From a virus (Duplodnaviria; Caudoviricetes): a stretch of DNA of 29,101 bases. The stretch is taken from the IMG/VR virus record IMGVR_UViG_3300016643_000068, positions 1 through 29,101 of that record, one strand, 5' to 3'. A program made the translations under genes and the position numbers. Positions 1-7,635 of the stretch are shown here, in pieces; within the stretch, counting starts at the first letter, position 1, and each line of letters begins with the position of its first letter. The notes beneath the pieces were generated by a model. It was not told the origin of the DNA, made no database searches, and saw nothing but the letters and a program-made list of their open reading frames with translations.

Positions 1-68
1 TATCGCACTAGCAACGCCCAAAGTTTCTAACCCCCTACCCCTTGCGAAGTTTGCACGCGACTTGCGAC
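1..68 (-). other. Non-coding end downstream of HNH; probable left part of cos/packaging-initiation region
   Basis: The minus strand reads GGGGTAGGGGGTTAGAAACTTT (41->20), the kind of G-rich tract usually found between HNH and terS in HK97-like cos phages. It would join 29048-29101 if the genome is circularised. Confidence 0.5.
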
Positions 69-794
69 TCATCGCTGCGCCTCGCGTTCTCGCAGCCCGC
101 TCGCATCGATCGACGCGACCAGATTCCGCGCTGCGCCGAGGAGATCGGCGCGCTGCGCCGGCGTGAGCCACGACCTCGCGTCGATGCGCTGCGCAATCTC
201 GTCGAGGCTCGCGCGCACGATGACGAGCCCGATGGTCGGATTCGCCTCCATGATCTCGCGCGCCTCGTCTGGGCTCGTCGTGATCCACCATAGCCGGCCC
301 GGCATCCACCCCTCGCGCCACGACTCGAGCACGCTGCGCCGCAGCCGGCGCATGAGCCCGAGCGCCTGCACGTCGTAGGTCGTGCTGCCTCGATCGCTTC
401 CGGGCTTCAACGATGCGAGCACCGCGTCCTGGTCCCAGACGTAGTCCCGATCTGTCGCGCGTAGTCGCGCCATCGCGGTCTTGCCCGACCCCGGCGCGCC
501 GAGCAGGATCGTGCCCTCGCTCGGCCATCGCCCACGGTCGGCCATACGCACGCGCCCCTCGATTGCCGACTTGCGCAGGTGGCACGCCGCGCACAATGGC
601 TGCAAGTTCTCCGGGTCGTGCATCGAGCCGCCCTCGGAGAGCGGCACCTTGTGATCGACGCACACCGCCTCGGTCAGCCGGCCGAGCGCCTTGCACATCC
701 GGCAGAGCGGCTCGCGCTCGCGCACGACTTCGCTCTGGGCGCGCCACGCCGTAGCGCCGTGCTTCTTGCCGATGCTCGGCGGCTTACTTGGCAC
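69..794 (-). CDS. HNH endonuclease (HK97 gp74-like packaging nuclease) fused to a C-terminal P-loop NTPase domain
   Basis: CRMC...VDHKVPLSEGGSMHDPENLQPLCAACH is an HNH motif, and GAPGSGKT is a Walker A. The gene precedes terS on the circular map. Confidence 0.85.
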   Translation of the reverse strand: MPSKPPSIGKKHGATAWRAQSEVVREREPLCRMCKALGRLTEAVCVDHKVPLSEGGSMHDPENLQPLCAACHLRKSAIEGRVRMADRGRWPSEGTILLGAPGSGKTAMARLRATDRDYVWDQDAVLASLKPGSDRGSTTYDVQALGLMRRLRRSVLESWREGWMPGRLWWITTSPDEAREIMEANPTIGLVIVRASLDEIAQRIDARSWLTPAQRADLLGAARNLVASIDASGLREREAQR

Positions 795-981
795 GGGCTG
801 CTCCTTCGGCGACCTGGCGCTGCACGAAGAGCGGCACGCTGTACGGGTAGTGCTTCACCACACGATAGGCGCGCTGGCGCACGGCCTTCGGGACGCGCGG
901 CGTGGCCTTCGGGTTCAGGAGGTCGAATAGGAAACGGCGGGCCGCGTCAATCGCCGCCGCCTCTTCGCTCGGGATGCTCAT
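784..981 (-). CDS. 65-aa protein resembling the BPSL0761 family
   Basis: MSIPSEEAAAIDAARRFLFDLL...PKAVRQRAYRVVKHYP pattern. The ATG at 981 overlaps the upstream TGA (ATGA). Confidence 0.55.
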   Translation of the reverse strand: MSIPSEEAAAIDAARRFLFDLLNPKATPRVPKAVRQRAYRVVKHYPYSVPLFVQRQVAEGAARAK

Positions 982-1100
982 GGCTTGCGCCTCCACCACT
1001 TGCGCGCACGGTCGGCCTCGAGGTCGAACACGATGAACGCACACGACACGATCACCGTGATGATGCCGCCGACGAGCGCGCCTAGGACGATCTCCATCAT
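978..1100 (-). CDS. 40-aa single-pass membrane protein
   Basis: MMEIVLGALVGGIITVIVSCAFIVF followed by a basic tail. ATGA overlaps at both ends. Confidence 0.6.
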   Translation of the reverse strand: MMEIVLGALVGGIITVIVSCAFIVFDLEADRARKWWRRKP

Positions 1101-1201
1101 CGTCGGCCTCGATTCAGTTCGTCTAGCCGCCCCTTCCAGTACGCCGCTACGAGAAGGAGAACGAGGTTCGCGGCCAGCAGTAGCAGGACAATGCCGATCA
1201 T
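1097..1201 (-). CDS. 34-aa single-pass membrane protein (absent from ORF track)
   Basis: Manual translation gives MIGIVLLLLAANLVLLLVAAYWKGRLDELNRGRR*. ATGA overlaps at both ends. Confidence 0.6.
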   Translation of the reverse strand: MIGIVLLLLAANLVLLLVAAYWKGRLDELNRGRR

Positions 1202-1491
1202 GGCTGCACCTCACGGTAGCCGAGTTTCCAGAGCAGCGCGGCGAGCTCGCGCGCCGATCGTCGCACATCCTCCTCGGATCGGCTCCAAGTCTGCGCGTGC
1301 AGCGCCTCGTGGATCACGGTCTCGAGGCGAGCACGGCCCCGTAGCACCTGACGCACCCGGATCTCGCGCTTCGGGTCAGTCGGCGGCGAGCAGTCGGCCC
1401 AGCGATCGAACGGGATCTCGCTCGATCGCACGAACCGGAAGCGATAGCGCAGCCCGCCCAAGAACGCCCAGAACGACGCGAACGGCCTCAC
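1198..1491 (-). CDS. 97-aa HExxH (zincin-like) protein
   Basis: ETVIHEALHA motif with a downstream EE. The GTG start at 1491 overlaps the phosphoesterase TGA; the longer 1198-1998 ORF is an overlap artefact. Confidence 0.65.
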   Translation of the reverse strand: MRPFASFWAFLGGLRYRFRFVRSSEIPFDRWADCSPPTDPKREIRVRQVLRGRARLETVIHEALHAQTWSRSEEDVRRSARELAALLWKLGYREVQP

Positions 1492-2420
1492 ATCGCCTCC
1501 ATGAACTGCGCCGTGAGCCGCCACCGCTTCCGCTTGTCCACCTTCGTTGCCGTGATCTTCACGGGCGCATCGTCTTGCACGAGCGATAGCCGCATCCAAG
1601 TCGCGCCGACGGGCTTGGGTGGCTTGCCCGTCTCGACGTGCCAACCGCCGTAGCCATCGTTCCATTCCTGCTTGTAGGTCGGCGTGCGGATGTGCCATTG
1701 ATCTCGTAGACGGATCCACCATCGGCCCTTCACGGTGCAGAGTTCCTCGCGCTGGAGCCGCAGCGCCCAATGGTCGTGCGTGTGCCCGCACACGATCACG
1801 TCGGCATCCGTCCATGATGCCATGCGCCGCGTTGCGAGAGTCCCGTGACTCATCATGCCGCCGCCACCCGATCCGTGGAAGTATCGAACCGTGAGCGCCG
1901 AGCACTCGGTGCCGTGGAACTTGACGCTGTACCGCACGAAGCCGCCGTAGCCGCCGGCGTGCGCTCGGTGTCCGCTTGACTGGCTCATGTGCGCGCAAAG
2001 GCGCTCGATGCAGTCCGTCTCGTGGCGCTTGAGGATCGACTGTTCATGATTCCCTCGGCCCATCACGACTAGGTGCCGCGTGTACGGCGCGTAGAACTCG
2101 GCCGCCCCGCGCACGACGGCATCGAGGTAGTCCGGTGCCATCGCGTACTCCTCGCGCACCTCGCCCTTCGAGTGCCTCGGATCCCACTTGCCGCCCATGA
2201 GATCGAGCACGTCTCCTACGTCGATCCACGAGCCGCCGCGCTTGGCGACTTGCTCGAGGTGCTTGCGCTCGAGATCCCAGTCTGCTTTCGGGTTGTCGTG
2301 GTGCCGATCGCTCGCCAGCAGCACCCAATGCTCCCAGGTCGCTGGATCGCTTCCCGCGTCGATCTCGACCTGGTGAATGTTTCGCGAGTGCTCGATCACG
2401 TTGAACTTCGGCTCGCTCAT
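1488..2420 (-). CDS. Calcineurin-like metallophosphoesterase
   Basis: All five motifs are present: SDRH, GDVLD, GNHE, HG and GHTH. Confidence 0.85.
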   Translation of the reverse strand: MSEPKFNVIEHSRNIHQVEIDAGSDPATWEHWVLLASDRHHDNPKADWDLERKHLEQVAKRGGSWIDVGDVLDLMGGKWDPRHSKGEVREEYAMAPDYLDAVVRGAAEFYAPYTRHLVVMGRGNHEQSILKRHETDCIERLCAHMSQSSGHRAHAGGYGGFVRYSVKFHGTECSALTVRYFHGSGGGGMMSHGTLATRRMASWTDADVIVCGHTHDHWALRLQREELCTVKGRWWIRLRDQWHIRTPTYKQEWNDGYGGWHVETGKPPKPVGATWMRLSLVQDDAPVKITATKVDKRKRWRLTAQFMEAM

Positions 2421-2863
2421 GCCATCGACTCCGAGTAGACCGTCACCTTGGCTCCGGGCTTCTGTTCACCCTCGGCGTATCGCTTCGTCACGAACTGCCG
2501 CACGATCTGGGCATCGTCGAGCCACGCGATGCCCGTCATAGCATCCTCGACGGCTCGCAGCATCTTGGTCGCGTCGGGCTTTGTGATCGGGTACATCGGA
2601 GCGCCGGGAGCCGTCGAGCCGTCCTTCCGCCGATGCGAGAGCGGCCGAGGAAGCACGAACTCGACCTCGAGCACCAGAGGCCCGACGAGCGCGTGCTTGC
2701 ACGCCGTGCCGGCGTAGTACGCGACGGCCTTGCGCCACGCCTTCCCGCCCTTGCAGTCATCGACCACGACGATGCGACCCGTATGGCGATGCGCGAACGC
2801 GCGCTTGGAGCCCGCCGTCATCGGCTTCCCCGGCACGAAGAAGGTGTAGATGCCGTCGCTCAT
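2417..2863 (-). CDS. rusA: RusA-family Holliday junction resolvase
   Basis: VPGKP...KPDATKMLRAVEDAMTGIAWLDDAQIV matches the RusA catalytic motif. Start MSDG at 2863 lies in an ATGA overlap. Confidence 0.85.
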   Translation of the reverse strand: MSDGIYTFFVPGKPMTAGSKRAFAHRHTGRIVVVDDCKGGKAWRKAVAYYAGTACKHALVGPLVLEVEFVLPRPLSHRRKDGSTAPGAPMYPITKPDATKMLRAVEDAMTGIAWLDDAQIVRQFVTKRYAEGEQKPGAKVTVYSESMA

Positions 2864-3126
2864 GTCGGGAATGCCTCGTGGAGCTCGGAGAGCCGATCGA
2901 GCACCCGGCGATGCAGCGCGTTGCCCCGTCCAAGCTTGATCTCGCTCTCGACGTGCTCGATCATCGAGAGGATCGCATCGTCGCACTTGATCGCATGGTC
3001 CACCCATCGGTGCCCCCTCGTCTCGGCAAGGTCGCGCTGCCGTTGCGCCTGCTGTAGTTTCGCGTCGAGGTCGGCCAACTGCTCGCGGAGGCGATCCAGT
3101 TCCTTCTCGCACGCCGTCCGCTTCAC
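2860..3126 (-). CDS. 88-aa coiled-coil hypothetical protein
   Basis: GTG start in a GTGA overlap, with a heptad-like ELDRLREQLADLDAKLQQAQ segment. Confidence 0.6.
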   Translation of the reverse strand: MKRTACEKELDRLREQLADLDAKLQQAQRQRDLAETRGHRWVDHAIKCDDAILSMIEHVESEIKLGRGNALHRRVLDRLSELHEAFPT

Positions 3127-3422
3127 GTTTCGGCCCTTGTGACGCGCTTCATCTCGTCGAGCGTCACCATGTGGTCGCCGCGCACGGCGAGAAAGTCGCT
3201 CGAGCGAGTCACCATGCCCTGCCGATCGCACGTCTCGATGTAGTAGGTCGGCAACTCGACCTTGCACTCGTGCGGCTCTAGGTGCTCGTTGAGGTACTCG
3301 ACGCGATGCACATCCATGACGCGCGCTTGGATGCGCGCACGGATATACACGAGGTCACCGACTCTCGGGCTCCGCGTTGCCGGCTTGTCCACCGCCGTCT
3401 GGGGTGTCGGTTCTGGACTCAT
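3123..3422 (-). CDS. 99-aa hypothetical protein (beta-rich, possibly SH3/KOW-like)
   Basis: PRVGDLVYIR motif, a plausible SD (GAAGG) and colinearity with its neighbours. Confidence 0.55.
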   Translation of the reverse strand: MSPEPTPQTAVDKPATRSPRVGDLVYIRARIQARVMDVHRVEYLNEHLEPHECKVELPTYYIETCDRQGMVTRSSDFLAVRGDHMVTLDEMKRVTRAET

Positions 3423-3657
3423 CCGTGTCCCTTCTTCGGAGCATGAACGCTATCAGGCCACAATCGGCCAGGAGCGCAGTCAGTCGGGCCTCGGCGCTCC
3501 GTGTCTCGTCGGCGATCATATCGTCGATCGTGTCGCTCACCCTTGAGAGAATCTTGGCCCCTCTAGGCTGCGTCAGCAGGTAATCCCAGTAGTCCCGGAG
3601 TTCGGCTCGGCGCTGGTCAAGGTCGGCCACCAGTCGAAGCCTCGTCGCTCGGTCCAT
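3355..3657 (-). CDS. 100-aa hypothetical protein
   Basis: GGGAGG SD ahead of the ATG at 3657 (MDRATRLRL...). Confidence 0.55.
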   Translation of the reverse strand: MDRATRLRLVADLDQRRAELRDYWDYLLTQPRGAKILSRVSDTIDDMIADETRSAEARLTALLADCGLIAFMLRRRDTDESRTDTPDGGGQAGNAEPESR

Positions 3658-3892
3658 GATCGCCTCCCGTGCTTTCGGCCACCCAGAACTCCGAGACATA
3701 GCGCAGGCTCGCAAGGTACGCCCCGCGCAGGATCCCTCGCTTCAGCGGGTCGGGCTCGATCGCGATCGACGCTCGGAGGCCGGCGATCATCGAGCCGACG
3801 CGCTCGGTGCCGAGCCGCTCGAGGTCGGCGTGGAATCGGGCCTCCTCCTGCTCGGCGGCTGCGCGGATCTTGAGTCTGCCTCGGTCGCTCAT
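3617..3892 (-). CDS. 91-aa hypothetical protein
   Basis: Start MSDRGRLK at 3892 lies in an ATGA overlap; composition is helical. Confidence 0.55.
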   Translation of the reverse strand: MSDRGRLKIRAAAEQEEARFHADLERLGTERVGSMIAGLRASIAIEPDPLKRGILRGAYLASLRYVSEFWVAESTGGDHGPSDEASTGGRP

Positions 3893-4020
3893 GCCTGCCA
3901 CAGCCCGCCTCCGGTGCCGCCCGAGGTCGGCGGCGGGTACTGCCCCCGCCACCGCCCCGAGCACGACACCGGACCCGATGCTACGACGGGTGCCCCGCCA
4001 GTCGCACCCGAACGCATCAT
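3889..4020 (-). CDS. Possible 43-aa bridging/leader peptide running through a long hairpin
   Basis: ATGA overlaps at both ends (helicase stop 4017-4019; next start 3892). The Gly/Pro-rich sequence appears dictated by the hairpin. Confidence 0.35.
   Translation of the reverse strand: MMRSGATGGAPVVASGPVSCSGRWRGQYPPPTSGGTGGGLWQA
3910..3973 (-). promoter_or_regulatory. Long RNA hairpin (~27 bp with two small internal loops)
   Basis: Minus-strand pairings are TCCGGTGTCG/CGGCACCGGA, CTCGGGG/CCTCGGG and CGGTGGCGGG/CCCGCCGCCG. The non-Watson-Crick positions are G-U on the coding strand. Confidence 0.6.
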
Positions 4021-5657
4021 CGAAGCCCCGCCCGTCGCTTCGCCGTCGCCAGGTCGCGCATCGTCGCGTCGCCGGCGAGCACGATCCCGTCCTGCCCGAC
4101 GCGCCGCCGAAGCCAGTCGGGCACTCGCGTCTTGTCGATGATCGCGCACAGTTGCCGACGCGAGTAGCGGTCGGCGTGCTTGATGCCCAACTTGGCCGCG
4201 AAGCCGATTTGCTTCGGGCTAGGCGGGTCGGCCACCGTCACCGCGCTGCGCTGGGTCGCGATCGCTCCCGAGCCGTAGCCGTACGGGTCTTCCTCGGCGA
4301 GCGTGAACTTGGCGACCGCACGGAGCGCCTTGCGCTTCTGCTCCTCGCGCCGCTCGACGATCTCGCGCTCGGCCTTGTCGATCTCGGCCATCACATCGCG
4401 CTCCTCGATGTCGCCGGCGCGGGCGCGCTTCTCGCCCTGCTTCTGCCAGTCGGAGATCGCGTGCAGACGATCGATCGTCGATTCCTCGTCGCCGCCGAGC
4501 ACATCGCCCGCGTGGACGAGCTTGTGGCGGCCTGCGTTGCCGCAGAAGTCGAGCACGAGCATGGACGGCTTCGTGCTCCCGGCGATCGCCCGCCGGCGCT
4601 GCGCCGCATCGTCGAGCCCGTCGATCACGCCTGGAAGCGTTCTCGTACCACGGCCGACGATCTGCGTGTAGAGCGAGCGCGACTTCGTGGGCCGCATCAT
4701 CGAGATCACCTCGATGCCCGGATCGTCGAAGCCCTCCGTGAGCACCGCGCAGTTGCATAGGTAGCGGTAGCGGCCCTGCTTGAACGAGTCGAGGATCTCG
4801 CGCCGCTGGTCGGCCGGGGTCGCTCCCGAGACCATCGCCGCCGAGTCGGGCTCGTGGCGGTTCAGGATCTCGGCCGCATGGCGAGCCGTCTCCACGGTCG
4901 CGCAGAAGGCGAGCGTCCTCCTCCCCTTCGCGACTTGGACGGTCGCCGAGACCATGCCGTGCAGCACGGCCTCGCGCTCGAGCACGGCCGCGAGGTCGCC
5001 CTGGTTCAGGTCGCCCGCCGTCGTGCGGATCGTCGATAGGTCGAGTTCGTCCACATAGACGATCGACTGCTTGACGGGGCAGAGCCAACCGTCGAGCACG
5101 CCGTCGCGGATCCCGTAGTCGAAGACGCACGACTCGTAGAGCGCGCCCAGGGCGGCCCCGTCCGAGCGATCAGGGGTCGCCGTCACGCCGAGCCGCTTCG
5201 TGCGCTCGCTCTGGTCGAACCAGTCGGCGACCTTGCGCCACGATGCCGCGACGCTGTGGTGCGCCTCGTCGAAGATCACGAGCCCGAAGTCATCGGGCCG
5301 GAACTTGTGGCACCGCAGCCCGGAGCCGCGCTTGGCCGCGAGCGTCTGCACCGTGCCGACCACGACCATCGGCTTCCTCGAGAGCAGCGTGCCCTCGTCG
5401 CTCGCCTCCTCGGCCATCTCGATCGCTACCTCGCAGCCGATCACGCGCTCGAGGGCGCGAGCCGCCTGCTTCACGAGTTCCTGGGTGTGCGCCACGACGA
5501 GCACCCGGCGCTGCCGCTCCACGGCCACCTTCGCGATGTTCGCGAAGGTCACGGTCTTGCCGAGCCCGGTCGCCATCACCATCAACACCGAGCGGTGCTG
5601 CTTCCATGCGGCCATCGCCGACGCGATCGCCTCGCGCTGGTAGGGTCGGAGTTCCAT
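4017..5657 (-). CDS. SF2 DEAD/DEAH-box helicase (ResIII/Irc3-like phage helicase)
   Basis: LRPYQ Q-motif, MATGLGKT, DEAHH, TATP, LTEGFD and QIVGRGTR. Confidence 0.92.
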   Translation of the reverse strand: MELRPYQREAIASAMAAWKQHRSVLMVMATGLGKTVTFANIAKVAVERQRRVLVVAHTQELVKQAARALERVIGCEVAIEMAEEASDEGTLLSRKPMVVVGTVQTLAAKRGSGLRCHKFRPDDFGLVIFDEAHHSVAASWRKVADWFDQSERTKRLGVTATPDRSDGAALGALYESCVFDYGIRDGVLDGWLCPVKQSIVYVDELDLSTIRTTAGDLNQGDLAAVLEREAVLHGMVSATVQVAKGRRTLAFCATVETARHAAEILNRHEPDSAAMVSGATPADQRREILDSFKQGRYRYLCNCAVLTEGFDDPGIEVISMMRPTKSRSLYTQIVGRGTRTLPGVIDGLDDAAQRRRAIAGSTKPSMLVLDFCGNAGRHKLVHAGDVLGGDEESTIDRLHAISDWQKQGEKRARAGDIEERDVMAEIDKAEREIVERREEQKRKALRAVAKFTLAEEDPYGYGSGAIATQRSAVTVADPPSPKQIGFAAKLGIKHADRYSRRQLCAIIDKTRVPDWLRRRVGQDGIVLAGDATMRDLATAKRRAGLR

Positions 5658-5660
5658 GCG

Positions 5661-6512
5661 TCACTCCTTCGTGAGTTGCTTGAGAACCGTCGCCTTCATG
5701 CGCGAGATCCAGCCAAGATCCTTGCACTCACGGCATCCCCCACCCTTGCAGCGAGGACAGAGCCCCGCCGGCTTGGCGCGATCGACGGCGATCCGAAGAT
5801 CGCGGAAGTACGCCTCGATCGACTGCGCGTGAATCCACGCGCCGGCCTCCTCGGCCATCACGCGCTCGAGCTCGGCCTTCCATCGGTCGAGCCCCTTCAC
5901 GAGCACGCCGAGCCGATCCTTCGCGGCCTGCTGCCGATCGTCGATCGTCGGCTCGTCGATCGGCTCCTCGGGCTCATCACGGCGGGTCGGCGCAGGGTCG
6001 CCGAACGGGTCGAAGGTCGCATCGTCGCCGTCGGCATCGTCCGCGTCGATCTCCTCGGGCACGCCGTCGCGCTCGGGCACCTCGTCGGCGATCTCCCGGC
6101 GCACAGTCCCGACGAGCGGGTGACTCACGCCGACATGGGTCGCGATCTCGCGGTCGGAGAGGTGCGGCTTCAGGCCTAGCACGGCGAGCACGGCGAGGCG
6201 CTTGTCGGCGTTCGAGCGCCGCAGCCCGTGCTTCGCATTGCTCCTCGCGGCCTCGTACTGCGCGTCCTCGATCGTGCCCTGCCCGATCACCTCGACGGCG
6301 ATCGAGTCACGGCCGGCGCGCTTGTGCGCGTAGAAGCGATGGAAGCCATCGACGAGCACCAGGCGCGACTTGCCGACGCGCATCACGCGGATCGGCGGGA
6401 GCGCGTCGAGCGCCTCGATGTAGTCGGCGATCACGGCCTCGTTCACTTGCTCGCGCATCTGGGTGCCTGCGTCGAGCACGATTCGGTCTAGGGTCACGGT
6501 CTCGGTTGTCAT
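5661..6512 (-). CDS. ParB/Srx-like N-terminal domain + HTH + C-terminal Cys4 zinc finger protein
   Basis: LPPI...LVDGFHR (ParB-N), SNAKHG, SDREIATHVGVSHPLVGTVR (HTH), an acidic linker, and CPRCKGGGCRECKDLG. GGAGA SD. Confidence 0.8.
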   Translation of the reverse strand: MTTETVTLDRIVLDAGTQMREQVNEAVIADYIEALDALPPIRVMRVGKSRLVLVDGFHRFYAHKRAGRDSIAVEVIGQGTIEDAQYEAARSNAKHGLRRSNADKRLAVLAVLGLKPHLSDREIATHVGVSHPLVGTVRREIADEVPERDGVPEEIDADDADGDDATFDPFGDPAPTRRDEPEEPIDEPTIDDRQQAAKDRLGVLVKGLDRWKAELERVMAEEAGAWIHAQSIEAYFRDLRIAVDRAKPAGLCPRCKGGGCRECKDLGWISRMKATVLKQLTKE

Positions 6513-6535
6513 GGTGTCTCCATTCTCGAAGGTAC

Positions 6536-6993
6536 GCGGGGATCCGTCCCCGCTTCATCGGTCACTCTACCGTCTGCTCTCTACTACTGCTCACCCTTGC
6601 TATTCAGAGCCTGAGCGCCCCGAGCACGCGACCCAGCCGTAGAGCCGAGCCGCGCGTGCGTTGGGACTATTCGTCGCCGTCGCGCCGTCGCTTTCGCGTG
6701 CCCGTTCACCTTTTTGGCCGGGACAGTCGGCGCGGGTAGCGGGCATCTCCCCATGCGCTCGAGGCGCACGGCCCCTCGTCGGTCAGACGAGAGGGCCACA
6801 AGCTCGCTTCTCGACCCGGCCGTGCTGTGTCGGCCGGGCTGCCTCGCGTCCGTGCGACAGGCGAGCCCGTGGTGTGTCTCCTGGGGTCTACAGCGCCGCC
6901 CCTTACTGCGTTGCGGATGCCTCGGGTAGAGGCGGGCCCATCCGCGCGGGCTTGGTTTTGAAGACTGGGAGTGCGCTCTCGCGCACATCCCAG
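6536..6993 (-). ncRNA. Candidate structured RNA or structured origin: array of ~9 hairpins
   Basis: Stems at about 6536-6553, 6623-6659, 6699-6745, 6754-6768, 6770-6797, 6815-6838, 6836-6868, 6913-6945 and 6965-6993. No convincing protein in any frame. Confidence 0.4.
6965..6993 (-). terminator. Terminator-like hairpin after ERF gene
   Basis: CTGGGA(T)GTGCGC-GAGA-GCGCACTCCCAG with a GNRA loop, followed by only a weak TCTT tract. Confidence 0.4.
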
Positions 6994-7011
6994 CCGAGAA
7001 TGGGAACCGAA

Positions 7012-7635
7012 TCACGCGCTCGTCTTGAGCGCGTCAGCGATCCGTGAGGTCGCCGAGGTCGGCCATTGTGCCGGATCCTCTGGCAAAGTCAAGCCGACAC
7101 CGCGCAACTTCTCGCGGAGCGCCTCGATCGTCAGGCCGGCGGCCTTCGCGCTTGCGCGCAACTTGCCCGCCCTCGAGATGCCGAGGACCTCGGGGTCGTG
7201 CTCTCGCGTGTCGCGCTTGTCCATCTCCTCATCGTCGCGAGGCACGAGAAGGAGGTCGCGCAGCCAGTAGCCGAGAGAAGAGGTCAGAGCGCCGGCGAGC
7301 GCCTTGTCGAGCGGCCTACCCTTCTCCTCGGCGAAGGGCCACTTGGTCGCCATCGGGTACGACTCCACATCGCCGTCCTCGTGGGCCACCTCGTAGGAGG
7401 AGACGAGCCATCGGTGCGTCTCGTCGCCCTCAATCGACCAGCGCGTGCGACGGGCCGAGAGCCCCTGAGCGTGCAGCGCCGCTCGGCACGCGGCCATCAT
7501 GTCCTCGGCCGACGCATAGCGGTAGCCGTGGAACTTGTTCTCGCTGCCCTTGCCCACTTGCCGCAGGTCGCGCTGGGCGGCCACGAGCGCGGCTCGGACG
7601 GTCTTGGCGGGCGTGTCGGTCTTGAGCTTCGTCAC
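7012..7635 (-). CDS. erf: ERF-family single-strand annealing protein
   Basis: AAQRDLRQVGKGSENKFHGYRYASAEDM and GALTSSLGYWLRDLLLVPRDD match ERF. Directly follows YqaJ. Confidence 0.75.
   Translation of the reverse strand: MTKLKTDTPAKTVRAALVAAQRDLRQVGKGSENKFHGYRYASAEDMMAACRAALHAQGLSARRTRWSIEGDETHRWLVSSYEVAHEDGDVESYPMATKWPFAEEKGRPLDKALAGALTSSLGYWLRDLLLVPRDDEEMDKRDTREHDPEVLGISRAGKLRASAKAAGLTIEALREKLRGVGLTLPEDPAQWPTSATSRIADALKTSA

Noticed and set aside
5661-6512. ParABS plasmid-prophage partition system
   Set aside because: No ParA or other partition NTPase is adjacent and no canonical parS palindrome was seen.
6536-6993. CRISPR mini-array or tRNA in the hairpin region
   Set aside because: The stems differ in sequence, with no repeated unit and spacers, and I saw no cloverleaf with T-loop/D-loop consensus.
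6584-7015. 143-aa minus-strand ORF after ERF
   Set aside because: Low-complexity R/P/A/S sequence that coincides with the hairpin array. It is not fully excluded, because its ATG overlaps the ERF stop like real genes here.
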